A DNA stretch of 63,616 bases, counting the filler. It is 8 parts of 8 records of this genome, joined end to end, with 100 filler letters (N's around TTAATTAATTAA, not from the genome) between each part and the next. Parts side by side here need not be neighbours in the genome. Positions count along the whole stretch, not along the records: positions 20,848 to 30,838 come from SRR7504441_1671; positions 30,939 to 36,404 come from SRR7504441_1674; 6 more parts are not named here. One strand, written 5' to 3'. Positions 23,418-36,404 of this stretch are shown here, piece after piece. The position numbers and the translations under genes are program-made. How positions within the stretch are numbered: the stretch's first letter is position 1; each line of letters begins with the position of its first letter. The notes below the pieces were generated by a model. The model ran no database searches. It saw only the letters and a program-made list of their open reading frames with translations, and was not told the origin of the DNA.

Positions 23418-26400
23418 ATGGTTTCAGTCTCGGAGCTGATCCGGGCGCTGGTGACCGACGCGGCCTCGCGACTAGCCAGCGAGGTGCTCCCGAGGTGCCG
23501 CCGGCTGGGCGCCAGTCGGGCTGATCGGCCGGCAGCGGAGCCGACCGGAAGGGCCACCTGCTTCGGTTCTGTCGGGTGCTTCGGCACCAGCTGCTCCGCC
23601 TGCGGGTTCTAGTCCGCTGGTGCCACGACCAGGCCGCGCTCATCAACCGCTCCCAGGCGCTTCCTCCCCCCCTTTACTCCCGGGCCAGCCGCCGGCAGAG
23701 CCTGCGCCAGCTGCTAGAGGAGAGGCATGCCAATATAGTCAACTCGGTAGACGCGCTGGTCGAATGGTACAACGCCAGCTGCTACACCCCGTGCGCCACC
23801 CCAGCCTCCCCTGCCGTCGGTAAAAGGTCTGCCACCGCAGGTTACGGCTCCCGATCTTCCAAGTTGGTGCAGCCGCCGACGTGCTCACGGGGGGGGTCCC
23901 ACCCCTCCCCGGGATCGTGGAGCGCGTCGGCGAGGCGGCCGCCCGCACCGCGAGCCAACAGGAGGCCACAGCCGCTCTGGCTGGACTCGACCTCTTCCTG
24001 CGCAGCCGGCTGCTCCGCACCAGCGACGCCTCGAGCTTTTCTGGGCTCACGATAGGTGCCTGGCGCCACCCTGAGCGGCCGCTCACCTGCCGGGCAGCCA
24101 ACGGACAAGTGCTGTGCGAGGTGCATAGGGAGTTCCGATTGTGGCTCACCCGGGACGGGGCGGCCGAGGAGGCCCCGTGGCGGCTGCTGGAGCTGGAGGT
24201 GTTGGTAGAGTCTATAGAAGGTAGTGTGCCCGCCGCCCGGGTGCGAGCAAGGGCGTAGGCCGGGTGGTGCCGCGGTCGCAACGACTGGAGATGATCTACT
24301 TCCTGCAGCAGCAGCTGATCAAGCCCGGGCCCCAGCCCTTGGACCGGCTGTGCAAGACTCTGAGTGCGACTGCCAATGAGGCCGGGCCGAGTTGCTGGCG
24401 CAGGGCTGTTCTGTCTCAAGCTAACCATGCAGATCCTGCACAGCCAGGGCACCGAGCTCAGCCAGTGCCAGTGCACGGGCGAGTTACTCGGGCCGGAGCA
24501 CCGGAGCCTCCGTCTCGCGTTCTGGGGCCCAGCTGACCCTTGTCATATTGATATCGAATTCGATCTCAGCTCGTCACAAAAGCTGCTGATCGCAGTCCGT
24601 CCCGCCTCCAAGGCGCTCACCCCGGCGGTGCTAGAGGAGCACTTGGTGCTGGGCCGTGCCGGGCGGCGGGTGAGCCTGGGGGCAGTGGTGGGAGGGCAGA
24701 TTGCTGGACCTGAGAGGCCTGCTGCACAAGGTCCAGCGAGAGCTGGCAAAGCAACGACTGGCCGACCTGCACAAGAAACTCTGCAGTGACCCATTGCTAC
24801 AACCCGACGCAGTGCAGCTCCATACGTCCGGGGACAGCGGTCCGCCCGAGCCGGATCCGCTGCTCAGACGGTGGCTGTGTCAGATCATATCGAGCTGCAG
24901 CTGTCGGAGCTCGATAGTGTCTCGGTTCACCTTGACCTGCGCACCGGCCAGTTCGAGCTGCTGAGCCCGAGCCTGCCCACCCGCGCTCTGACCGAGCTCG
25001 AACTCCGGATAAACAGTGCGGGCCCCTTGTGCTGGCTGAGCCAAGAGCCAGGCGACGCAATCGACCGGCCAGGGTTCGTCGCTGGGCTGCAGCGCCGGAG
25101 CATGGCCGTTGAATTGTGCGCCACAGCCCAAGCGATCGGGCTACAGCCTTACCTGCGGGGAGTCCTGTCTGTGCCGGCACTTGATGCGCCGCCACCTGCG
25201 GTGCCGCCAGGGCTTGACTGCGAGCACACGGTGCAGATAAGGTGACGGGCGGGAGGGGGTGGGGGTGAGCTGGCTGCAGGTTCCCAGAGTGTACAAGCAC
25301 CTTCCTGGCCGCAACTGTGGGCCCGAACCTGGAACCGAGCTTCTCTCTTGTCTCTGCCACTGCAGAGAGTAGCAGGCCGCTGCCACACAGCACGGTGGGC
25401 GGACATCCTGAAAGACAAGCAGGCTGACTGTGCCGATGCAGGAGATCCCAACAGGCCAAAGCGCCCCCACGCCAGGCCACAAGAGGAAGCAACGGGAGGG
25501 AGAGCAGGAAGACGAGATGCCCGCCAAGCGGCTCCAGATGTCCGCAGCTGGCCAGATTGAGCAGGGCGCCCAGACAGGCCAACTGCAGTCCCGCTGCGCT
25601 GCGCTGCTCCAGTCAACTATCGCAATCAACCGGCCGATCGCTCAAACCATGGAGCTTGTGCAACTGGTCTCGGCCGCCAATGTGCCTTTCAAAGAGAAGG
25701 AGCACGGTGGGCTTCACTGTGGCTGTGCCTGCTGAGTCTGCGGGCCCAGGCGTGCTCGAGATCTCGCTCGAAGCGGAGCCGCTCCAAATCAGCAGCGCCA
25801 GCATCCAATTCACTGAGGAGGGCCGCTTCAAAGTGGATCTGGTCGAGCGCGCCAAATCGTTTGAGAGCACGGCGGACAAGGCGCTTTGGCTGGCCAGGCG
25901 GGGGCTGAGTGGGCTTGCAGCCGATTAGCCTGCGAAATCCGGCCGGGAGCGGAGTACTCACCCAGACCGACCAGCTGCTTAGTTTTAGATACGATAAGCA
26001 CAGCAGCTGGGCGTGCTTCCACAACGATTTGCAGTTGGTGCGTACAATGACTCGCGTGTGCATCGAGCTGGCCGCTCTGGCCGCAGCCTGCAGCGAATCT
26101 TTTGAAATCACGGTGCGTGGATGTGCTGAGCTCTGGACTCACAGCTATGGGCAGGAGCTGTCGCTCGGACAAGCTTCAGTGCTTTACAGCCCATCCGAGA
26201 AAGCGTCGAAAAAGAAGGCTGCCCCAAAGCACGAGCAGCAGCTTTTGACATTCAGATGCGCATATAGGGAGGGCCGGCCAACGATCCTGCTCCACCGTTC
26301 CCCTGGCTGCCCTGACACGGATCCACATCTCGGAATTTTGCTCCAACAGCAGCAAAGGCGAGATGTGACATTAGCCTCTGGTCTGAGCCGGCCGGGCAGT

Positions 26401-27615
26401 CCTAGGGTGGTGCTCGAGGCTCTGGCGCAGATGTGGCCGAGCTACCAGATCCTCAAGGGCTTTGTGGCCACGATGCCCGCAAGCTACGCCATAATCATGC
26501 ACAGCCACCGGAGGGCGCGGCTTGTCCATCTAAAGTCGCTTTATGGCTTTGATATCGAGTTCCAGATACATGGGGTGCGTGTGTGTAGTATGGTAGGATA
26601 TAGCACGGCAAGCGTAGTATAGTATAATAGTACTTCTAGTATAGTATGTCTATCTGAAGTGGCTCCATGGCTTTGATGTTGAGTTTCTCTCCATCAACAC
26701 AGCTGCCGCTGTGGCGGGTGATGACCTAACGGCTGGCTGCAGGTCAGTTTCAGTGCGACAAGACCCGGCGAACAGGGCGCAGCCCGGATTACAGTTCCCA
26801 AGTTCAACCAATTTCTAGCAAATTTCTTGATTCCAAACGTGCTGAGTGAGGCCAAGGCTCGGTGAGTGGCCGCGTTTGCGCTCGGCGTCACCTGGCCGGA
26901 CAGCGAGAGTCTCAAGGCGGATGCACCCATCCCGCAAGCCAAGCTGCTCAAGGCGCTCGAGAGCGCCCACAGATACATGGGGTGCGCCGCCCCGAGATGG
27001 AGTTGAGCTCTGGGGCGCAGGGCAATGTTCCTTTTCACGTTTACGAGGTCACTTGAGAAGGACAAGATAACCGTGGCGGAGGCCCCTGTCGAGTTCTCGA
27101 TCCTGAACTTCCAAGCACTGACGATCAAGTTTGGCCATGCAAAGCCACCAGCCAAGGAAATCCAGACGCTTCTTGCGGTCCTCAAGGGTTTTGTCGAGCA
27201 GAGCATTGAAGCGTTCGACAAGCGTGGGCTGAGCTCGTTCGTACGACTGCTGACGCTGCCTCATCCTGTGCTCCGGCTGTTTGTAGAGATCATGAAAGCG
27301 GCCCAGGAAGGCGGCAGCAAGAGAAGTGCTCAGCCCGTGCAGCTGTGCATGAGCGATTCGGATGGCTTTGAAGTCAAGGTGGCACGTGAGACTGGTGCTG
27401 ACTCCCAGCCATCGGTTGGCTTAGTCCACTTCAGTGTAAATCCAGCCAAGTCTACGGAGGTGTTGAAGTTTAGTCTGTCGTACCGGGATCTAACTAAGGG
27501 CACTCTGAAGCTGCAGAATCCGCCGGATGCTACCCAGGCCACCTGGAGCGTTTCATTTGACCAACCACGCAGCTTGCTTTCATTAGTTTCTGAGGTTTGC
27601 ACTTCAGTTACTTGA
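23418..27615 (+). CDS. MED14: Mediator of RNA polymerase II transcription subunit 14 (multi-exon)
   Basis: Spliced N-terminus MVSVSELIRAL...DRKGHLLRF...RHQLLRLRVLVRW, then APIFQVGAAADVLTGG, matches the Med14 N-domain. Continuity to 27615 is inferred from successive same-strand exons. Confidence 0.75.
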
Positions 27616-27850
27616 TCAAGACCTTACAATAACAAATGATTCTACTTTTGTAGTACAAGTACTTTCCTGAGTCCTATTACTTGTTACCGCGTAACATACA
27701 AGACGCGTAGATTACTATATACATATAATAACAATGGCTCCATGCGCATGCAGGCGACCAATAAACAATGGTGTCCCATGCGATATACTAGGATGCTCGT
27801 ATTCTAATGAAATTCTACAGAAATTCTAGGAGATAACAGGTACTCTCGAA

Positions 27851-30589
27851 CTATGCGAATTCCATGATGAAGCGAAAGGCAGCATTGAGGCCAAGGGCCG
27901 CATCTTGTGTCCCATAGCCAAAGACTCCTTCGAATGGGTACCACTGGGGAAAGTTGGTGTTCCATATGTTGTTCTGCACATTCCAGTGCAGCCCACGAGC
28001 CATGTAGTCCTCCAGGAGCACCTGAGAGCTATTGCCTGGGGTCGGGAAGGGCGAGAGCAGCCCACACGAGACCACAGGGGCGTCAACACTTGCAATAGAC
28101 ATGGTGCCTTCGGGCCCGGTGTAGTGCAAGGAACTGTCGGGTCCCATTGAATGCAGATGGACTGCGCCATGCTCGACCACGTCAGTCGGATCAACGATAC
28201 CTCCAAGGTTATGGATCCGCCACCCTGCTGAAGCATTGCGAAGCGGAGCCCCCGCTGCCCCAGGCACAAATGATACGAAGGAAGCCTCTGCCAGCCGCGT
28301 GGTGGTCTTGTTGAGCCAGCCCACTGCAAGGTCGATACTCACCTGCAGGGAGAGGCGATTAGCACGATGAAACAGACAAGGAGCCTCTTATCAATCTATG
28401 TAAATATGGAATACCTTATTTGGCAGCGCCGCTGCTGTGATCTTGATCTCACTCCAAACCTTGCTTGGGCCACCATATTTTGTATGCGTTACCCCGTTGG
28501 CATCATCATTTGGCATTTCCGCCTCCACGATGAGATGGCAATCTCCCATGGCAGACTGCTGCACCCAGATGGCACTGAGCTGGGCTGCCACTTCCCAATG
28601 CTGGGGGTTGGCTGAGCTCATATTGGGTTTGTTGAAGTTGTGGCAGCCAGGGTTCTCGGTGGTTGGGCCGCAGCTTGGGTTGCCATAGTCTTGATCAAAG
28701 GCAGTGAAGTCAGCTGCACTCAGGGTCTGGTAGACGTATCGCCCCAGCGCTGGGCTGCTAGCCTGATCTGTGCTGAGCGCATCATTCACCCAGACTTGCT
28801 CGCCTATCTGCAGCGAGCCGATTCCTCCCCTGGATCCAGCCTTGATTGTAACCCCTGCCCCGACCGTGCAATGGAACTCTGTTGCAAGATCAGAGACTTG
28901 CTTAAATCCTTGATCACTACTGGGCGAGCTGTATGCTGTCAGATTAGCATAGCCGTCCAATGCTTTGGCCAGCTCGGCTCCAAAAGCTGCATACCGAGGC
29001 TCGCTGGAACGACGGGCCAACTCAACGGCGTTCACCAAGTAGGAGCGCTGTTCCCGCCACGATTCTACTGTCATGGCATAATTATCCTGCTGCATGGCTG
29101 ACATTATCTGCGGATTAGTCCAGTTGTTGTAGTCATGCAAGTACCAGGTTGTATCCTCACCCCACGTGTGCTCCGGGATTTTGGTCAACAGCCGGTCGAA
29201 GTTGCGCATAAATGCATCGGATGGGTCACATCGCCCTGCAGCTCAAGGGTTTGTATTATCAAGGCAGCGGGAGGCTGACCTGCACTGACGCAGGTAGTCC
29301 GAAGGCGAGAGATCTCCCGAAACCACACATTCTTGAGTGGATCTGAAGGGATGCCATACAGCCAGGTGTCGCCGATCTCTTGCGTGACGACTGGAAGTTC
29401 TGCCGGGAAAGAGCCATCGGCACCCTGCGCAGCTGCATTTCGCTTATTCATCTCACTTGGTATTTCTGGCGGCACCGTCTAGGAAGGCGTCAAACGTGCT
29501 CGAAAACACCTCGGCGTGTGGATATTTTTCCCGCAGCCCTTTCAGCGTCGACTGGATGTCGGTGGCTGACTTGGGACCACCTACAACACAGCTTCGCTCA
29601 GAACCGCTTCGCTCATGCAAGTACCGTTATCCGTGTTCCATGAGCAGTACAGGGCATGACCATTCGGGAGGATGTGAGTCCCGCCACCGTACCTGCGTAA
29701 ACAGTAAATAATAATCATGACGATGATATTAGTAATACCCGTGGTCGTAACTGAACAGCATCTCGTCGCCTGTTGCCTCGTCTCTCCAGCGGAACAGGTC
29801 AGGCAGCCCAAACAGCGCAGTCCCGGAGCCAAGGCTGATCATGCTCACGTTGTTCTTGCGGAGCAGTGCGAGGGCGGCTCTAGTGATCCCGGTCTCGTCC
29901 CGCTGTGAGTACGTACGCGGGCGCGGCACGTTCAACTGGTCGGCCATGCTGAAGCCCATCATGAGCGAAGCGTTGAAGAGAGACTCGTCGTAGATCCCGG
30001 GCATGGCATTGTGCGGGAACGCGTGCCAGAAGATCTCGCCCCGCTGCACCGCCTGCGCAAATGCTGCGCGCGCAGTTTCGTTGGGGCACTGGAGGATGCT
30101 CGGCCCTCCGCCCCCTGCCGGGTTGCGCCAATCCCAGATCCCGGAAGTGGCGTTGTCGCAGTGCATGTAGAACGAGGCCACCCACGGCTGCGTCATGTAG
30201 ATGTACCGATCGGTGCTACTGTTGCGCATCGCGTCGGCAGCCCGCCATGCAGTGGGCAGAAAGTCATTTACGCTCTCGTTCAGGACCCAGTACCCCCACG
30301 GCCGACACGGCTGGCCATTCGCGGAGTTTGCCGTCGATGAGCAGGCACCGCCGTCGCCGTCACACCAGGCTCGGACATTGAATCCAATGTCCAGGTGATT
30401 GCTAAACACCACGTGCAGGTGGGTCACGTTGTTCATGCTCTCCGGATTGCGGTGCCGCGGGTTGCTGGGCATGAAGCCATTCTGATTCTCCCAGGCCGCG
30501 GTCGCAGTGGTGCATTCATTCTGAAAGGGGTCAGCGGTGGGCAGCACTGATGCTTGAGCTGCGCACAACAAAAGCCAGGGCAGCAGCAT
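27851..30589 (-). CDS. Secreted glycoside-hydrolase-like protein (GH38-N-like / DUF5054 type), multi-exon
   Basis: Signal peptide MLLPWLLLCAAQA; VVFSNHLDIGF, WHAFPHN, EIGDTWLYGIPSDPLK, KIPEHTWG, NNIWNTNFPQW. Confidence 0.75.
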
Positions 30590-30756
30590 CGCAGCAGGAC
30601 CTCACCGGCGCGACGCTCGATCCCCTCCTGACTTTTGACACACAGATTTCCCGCACCCAGGGCGGCCAGTACACGGGGACGTTCCCCGCGGAAATCGGGC
30701 GCCTCACGCTGCCTCGCTCCGACGAGAATTCCGTTATATAAAATCGAACGGCTCAG

Positions 30757-30838
30757 ATGCCTGCAGCTGGTGCGGATCGACTGAGTGTCGAGGTGCTCGA
30801 GCTGATTGCCGCGAGCCTCCCTCTAAAGCATCTCTGCT
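30757..30838 (+). CDS. 5' fragment of a probable F-box protein
   Basis: MPAAGADRLSVEVLELIAASLPLKHLC resembles the F-box start (L..E.L..I...L...L); cut by the contig end. Confidence 0.45.
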
Positions 30839-30938
30839 NNNNNNNNNNNNNNNNNNNNNNNNNNNNNNNNNNNNNNNNNNNNTTAATTAATTAANNNNNN
30901 NNNNNNNNNNNNNNNNNNNNNNNNNNNNNNNNNNNNNN
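30839..30938. other. Artificial contig spacer
   Basis: N44-TTAATTAATTAA-N44. Confidence 0.98.
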
Positions 30939-33900
30939 CGGCCCAAGGTATGTACACGACGAGTGGTGCCAGCGTGTGCTGGGGATTAAGTACCTGACCG
31001 AGGACCCCATGGATGACGATCTTGTCTATATATATTTCAAAGACGACAGCGACATGCTGAGGGCCTCCGAAGATCCGCAGCTGCAGCCGGCGCCGATTTG
31101 TGACATCCACTATTTGGAGGTTTATATTCCAATGAGGCTACTCAGCAACAATATAGACAACAACGTGAACGATCAGCAGCTGCAGGAGTGGCTGGAGCTG
31201 GCTGAGCAGCACGAATGGTCGCGATCCCAAAGCACGGGGACGCCCGAGGAGCACCCCAGGGCGCGTCGCCTACAGCGGTATATGACCGGAATAGCGATGC
31301 CAGAAATAAGATCTGAAGAGAGCACGAACTACTCCAAGCTTCTGGACTATTTTGACAGCCGTTGTACCATCTGGATCCAGCACAAGAAAGAGATGCTAGC
31401 AAAACTGATACCCAAGCGGCCACAGGAGATGAGTTTGTCTTGGTTCAAACGCAACATTCAGTCCGTGTGCATTCACTACAACTCGGATGAAAAATACATC
31501 AACCAACACGGAATGTACAATCTCAGGGTTGAGTTAACGAATCTGGACGCTGCCATTATGTTGAGTAAGCACTTGGTGAGCCTGAAAGACGACACAGAGT
31601 TCGGACAGTTTGGTCTCGCCAGTCTAGCCCGCGTGGCAATCACTCCGAGATTTGAAGGACAATCACAGCGGACGCATTTCGAAATCGATCAAGACGAGTT
31701 CAGTCAGCAGCAACACGCCCAGGACTTGCTGAGGGCGTTGAAGAAGGTGAAGGAACAGGTGCTCAACAAGCTACCAGAACCTCAGCATGTCGCTGTCATC
31801 TTAAAATTTGGAAGCTGGTGTAGCGGCGTTTCGTCACTTTCAAAAATTGTGCCCTACAGGTAGCCTTAGGGGCTTAAGCGCGCTCACTTGCTTGTTTGCC
31901 AGTGAAATGTGGTTTCCAATCAACTGCCGAGGAGCAGTGATGAAGGCGATTAACGAGTGCAGTGGTGGTGGGTATGGGCTGCAAGTGCACCTCGGGACGC
32001 GGCGGCAAGCTTCGTACCGCAGCTGCCTCCAGCTGAAGGCGGCCTATCCTGACATTGCACCCGATTCAAGGGGCGGCGTCACCACTGGAATCGGTTCATT
32101 AGTCGGATCATCAGCGTGGGGATACGCTGCGGGTAACCTGTATGTTGTGAAAGGCGAGAGATCAATCTGTGAGTCCAATCTTGTGGAGTCGCAAGCGATG
32201 AGTGCGTGTGATGCTGAACTCACAAACAAGGCATGTATCGCCCGCCTGCTGGCACAATCCGACGAGGAGGAGCACTTGTTGCCTTCGGAGCTAGAGCAGA
32301 TCCAGCAACGACTCGACAGTGAGAGCGGGTTCCCCCATGGGCCGTTAGGCAGGTATCCTTATCACCATGTGTCCACCGAATCTTACTCGGCCGCGCAATT
32401 TGACGCTTATTCGCTGTTCAGTATGGACTCTATGTCGGAGGCCGCTTCGATGATGGATGGCCTGACCCAGGTACCAAGGACCGTTCGATTTGTAAAGCTC
32501 GTTTCATCAGAGTACTGCAATCATCGTCATTATCCGGACGGGGACAACCCACATGATCCGATGCCAGAAACCGTGGTGTCAATGCCCAGACTTACCCAAA
32601 TGCGCTCAGTCGAGGCCGTCGAGGCGTATGCCGACCTTAGGCGTCTGCACAACCGGGTTCACAGGGAAGCTGCCACGTCCTCCACTCGGCTGGCGCCATT
32701 TGCCTGCGCTAGTGCCACGTCGAGACTCAAGAGCCCCAAAGCGGCGGCAACCCTGGCCTACAATCAGCTTATCAGCGAACTGAATAGCACCGACGATTTG
32801 AGAAGCAGCCAGCCGTGTTCTTCCGAGGAGTCGCTGAAGCAACCCACTGCTCTGTTGCTTTTCACAGTCGGACACCTCCAGGCTGATGTGCAGGAAATCC
32901 TCAAGACGCTAAAAAAGCTAGCCCCACAAGAGGCACCCGGGTGTAAAATCATAGGTGGATCTAGCCACAGTGCGACATTGACTCAGGATGGTTTCCAAGC
33001 TGCCACGGGGCGACTCGACGGCTCTAGCCGCATCGAGGGCTCGGGCCGGCTGCTGACGCTCTTTGCGATCTACGACCCGGCGGGCCGGTACGAGGTGGTG
33101 GCGGGGCAAGAGCTCGGCAAGGATCAGGTTCGGGCACTGCTGGAGCCGTGGCGCGGGCAGGAGCCTAAGATGATCTTGTCGAGCATGCCGATTAGGCATG
33201 AAATGCCCATCATGGAGGCCTTGAACGAGGTTATAGGTGACCAACAACAATGCGATTCATTGACTTAAGAATGATGTGTTAGGCGACCAAGTGCCAGTGC
33301 TGGGCTTCTCGAGCGCGCCGTGGCGACCGCCGGATGACAGCGGAGAGCAGTTGTTGGAGGGTTTGCAACTGGCTGGCGAGCAAGTGTTCAACCAGGGATT
33401 CGCGCTTTTGATCATGTGGCCGACAGTGGAGACGCATGTGAATTTGACGCATCCGTTCCGACAGGTCGAGAGCAAGACAGCGATCGTTCAGGACGTCGAG
33501 CATAAAGCTGGCTATAGCGAAGTCACACAACTCCGGGTCCAGGCGACGACCGGACATCTGCCTCACAGTGCCGAGACAGTCCGACCGGCCAGTGAGGTCT
33601 TCGGGGAATGGCTGAGGGATGTTGAACCGAGCATGCTAACAGCTCTCGAAATAGAACAGAAATTGTGTGAAACACAAGGCGGTGAGACTTGTCAGATCAA
33701 GTTTTGCGCAGTCACGTCTAAATCCGGTGACGAAACGAAAGACGATCTGCACCAGCGCGATCCGGTTCAGATGGTGCTGCCTCTGATGCCAGAGATCCGA
33801 AGGGGCGACCGAGTGACGCTTGTGTGTGCCACGTCCCGACATGTGTCTTCGTCGATGGTCTCTTCGCTGCGCACTGCGATAAGGAAGTCTGGGTTTGCGG

Positions 33901-34290
33901 ATGATGCCAAGGCGGGCAGTCTGTACGGTGGAATACTGGTTTGCTGCGCCGGCATGCTGCGGAATATGCCGGCGGGTATTAAGGGAGCCGCATGCGAGAT
34001 GGTCTCCAATCTGAAGCATTGCCCAGTCGCAGGTCAACACCGCCTTTTAAATAAGCAAATGATCTGTTATCACAGGCTGCTTTAGCTTCGGAGAGAATGG
34101 ACCGGTGAAACAGACCGTCGCCGCGCCGCCGACGGCTGACTCGCAGCCACTGGTAGTTGGTATGGAAACAATGGGCGATGCGTCCGTGGAGAAGACATAC
34201 AACGTCCATGGAAATCTCATGTTTGGCTGCTTGCTGTTCGGTCGGTCCAGGGGGTCGTATCACCGCGGGCTCACACAGTGTGGTCAGTAG
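30939..34290 (+). CDS. Large protein with C-terminal FIST sensory domains (5'-partial, multi-exon)
   Basis: IIGGSSHSATLTQDG, LFAIYDPAG, VPVLGFSSA, GGILVCCAG; spliced PVAG|CFSFGENG...HGNLM; introns 33237-33282 and 34033-34075. Confidence 0.72.
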
Positions 34291-34773
34291 GAAAATTCTA
34301 ACCGCAAGCCTCCGAAGCCCTCGCAGTCAGCTCTGCTTTTTTAATAGTTCGTCAGTTCGAGCTCGCACAGACACGGGTGGTCGGGCCACTCGATGGTTCT
34401 CATGTGGCTATAAGGCTCACGATGCCATAAGTCATTGCAGTCTAATGACAAGTAGGTCAGTGCTGTCAGTATTATTGTACTAAGCTTAGGGGAGCAAATC
34501 AAAGTTGAAATGAATGCGTCAATACAATGTCATCATTGTCATGTACATTACATGTACACTGTAATAATTTTTACCATAATGTACTTTACAACATTTTAGT
34601 TTATCATTACTTTCAGAGTACTTTCGGAGGTGTTTTGAACACAATCATGCATCGGAGGGCGTGTCTCATGATTAGCTAATAAAGTCTGGTACAAGATGAT
34701 GTAAGAATGGTGCATTACTCCAGACTCCCCTTCTCTGCACGCTCCATACCCCGGTAATCACACGGATTGGCGG

Positions 34774-36404
34774 TTAGATGACTGGGTATGCCGAGCTACG
34801 CACGAGGTCTTCCTGCACCTCACCTTTGGCGGCGCTAGCAGCCATCCACGCACACCTCGGCACGTCTGCCCATCTCGGCTCTTACTCTAGCCAGCTCCGC
34901 CTTCATGTTCTGGAGCGCCAGCGCAGTAGATTCAGTTGGCTGTACTATTTGCTCGGTCGCTGCCTCCCTGTGAGCGGCAGCCCAGGTCTTGGGCACACCT
35001 AGCCCTGGTGGAGGGTGCAGCGGTGGCGGGGGAGAGACGTGCATCTCGGGCGGTGGATGCCGCCAGTTCTCTCGCACCATCGAGCCCAGCTTTGACTCGA
35101 CATACCGCGACTGCACCGCCAGTCAGCCCCAGCCTGCCAGCCGCTGCACCTTTGGGATTTCACGCCCGGCGCGCATCTCTTCAATAGCCTGGCGGACGGA
35201 GCTCAACCTCTCCTGGTTCTGCTCGTGCGTGATGGCCGGGCCCACTGCCGGTGGTGGACTGACGGGCGGGCCGATCAATTGGGCCACGCGCGCGTGTACG
35301 GGCGAGTCCATGGGCGGTGGTGAGCCCGGCAGGAGCCGGCCCGACCTGAATTGATCCAGATCGCGGATTGCGCGGTCGGCGGCGGCACGCGCGTCGGCCT
35401 CAGCCTGGGACCGGGTGGTCTGTGAAGGCTGCGGGCGCCGGGCACCTGCGTGAGGTGGCGGCATCGCTGCTCCATTGCCAGCAGTTCGGCCTGGCCGCAG
35501 GTGAAACCGTGGAGGCTTCAGTTGCACCTTGAGCCTGCGGTGCCCGTCTGCCATCTCCCTGGCCGCCTGGGCGTCGTCCGCCTTGGCCGAGTGAAGCAGC
35601 TGCAACTCGCGCTCTGCCTCGCCTGCACCTGATCGGCCAGGCCCGGCCTGCAAAGCCCACCGAGCCTCTCTAGCATCTCATTCACAGCATTTGGGTCGGC
35701 CACCACTGGCGGGGGCGGCGGAATGCCGTTCTGGCCAGCCGTTCAGTCGCCGGCCGAGCCGCCCGGCGCACCTTGAGCAGGCACTCGGTGTGTAGCATTG
35801 CCAGCTCGTCCTCAAGCCGCTGCCTTTCGGCCTCGCACCGAGCCAGATGTTCTCCCATGTCAGCCAGCTGGCCCTCGAGCAGCTGGATCCGGCCCGACTG
35901 ATCCGCCGGGGCCTCCATCCCCTGCTCCAGCTCGGCGATGATCGCGGTGGCAGTCTGCAGCCTCGACCAGAGCTGCGCCACCACGGAGTTCCCCCACCAG
36001 GTGGTCACAGCGACTGCGGCTTGCTTGGTCGTGTTGCTCAGCACCGCGCGGAGGGTGCAATGCGCCAGATGCTGCAGCAGCTGCTGGCTGGACACTGAGG
36101 GGGGCGCCTCACGTTGTTGGCTCAGCTGAGCTTCGAGGGCCGCGATCTGGCTTCTGAAGCAGGCGCACTCCTTCTCGGCTAGCTCGGACAGCCGAGCGAT
36201 CTCGGCCCGCAGCCGCTTGTTCTCCTCCTCAATGGCCACCACCATCATCCGAGCCTCGGCCTCCATCAGCCCTTGCTCGGCTTTGACTGTGCGCACCTCC
36301 TGCTGCAGGGTCTCGATCGACTGCTCGTGCGCGGTCTCCGGGGCCACCCCGGCCTCGCAGACCACATTGTACAGCCCGGCCACCGTCTCGCTCTCCAGCT
36401 CCGA
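34774..36404 (-). CDS. Coiled-coil hypothetical protein (5'-partial, multi-exon)
   Basis: ORFs 35682-36383, 35123-35653 and 34835-35116 are E/Q/L/A-rich with heptad pattern. Confidence 0.55.

Noticed and set aside
30734-30743. TTATATAAAA as a TATA box
   Set aside because: Plausible, but only 14 nt from the plus-strand ATG, and strand and TSS cannot be assigned from sequence alone.
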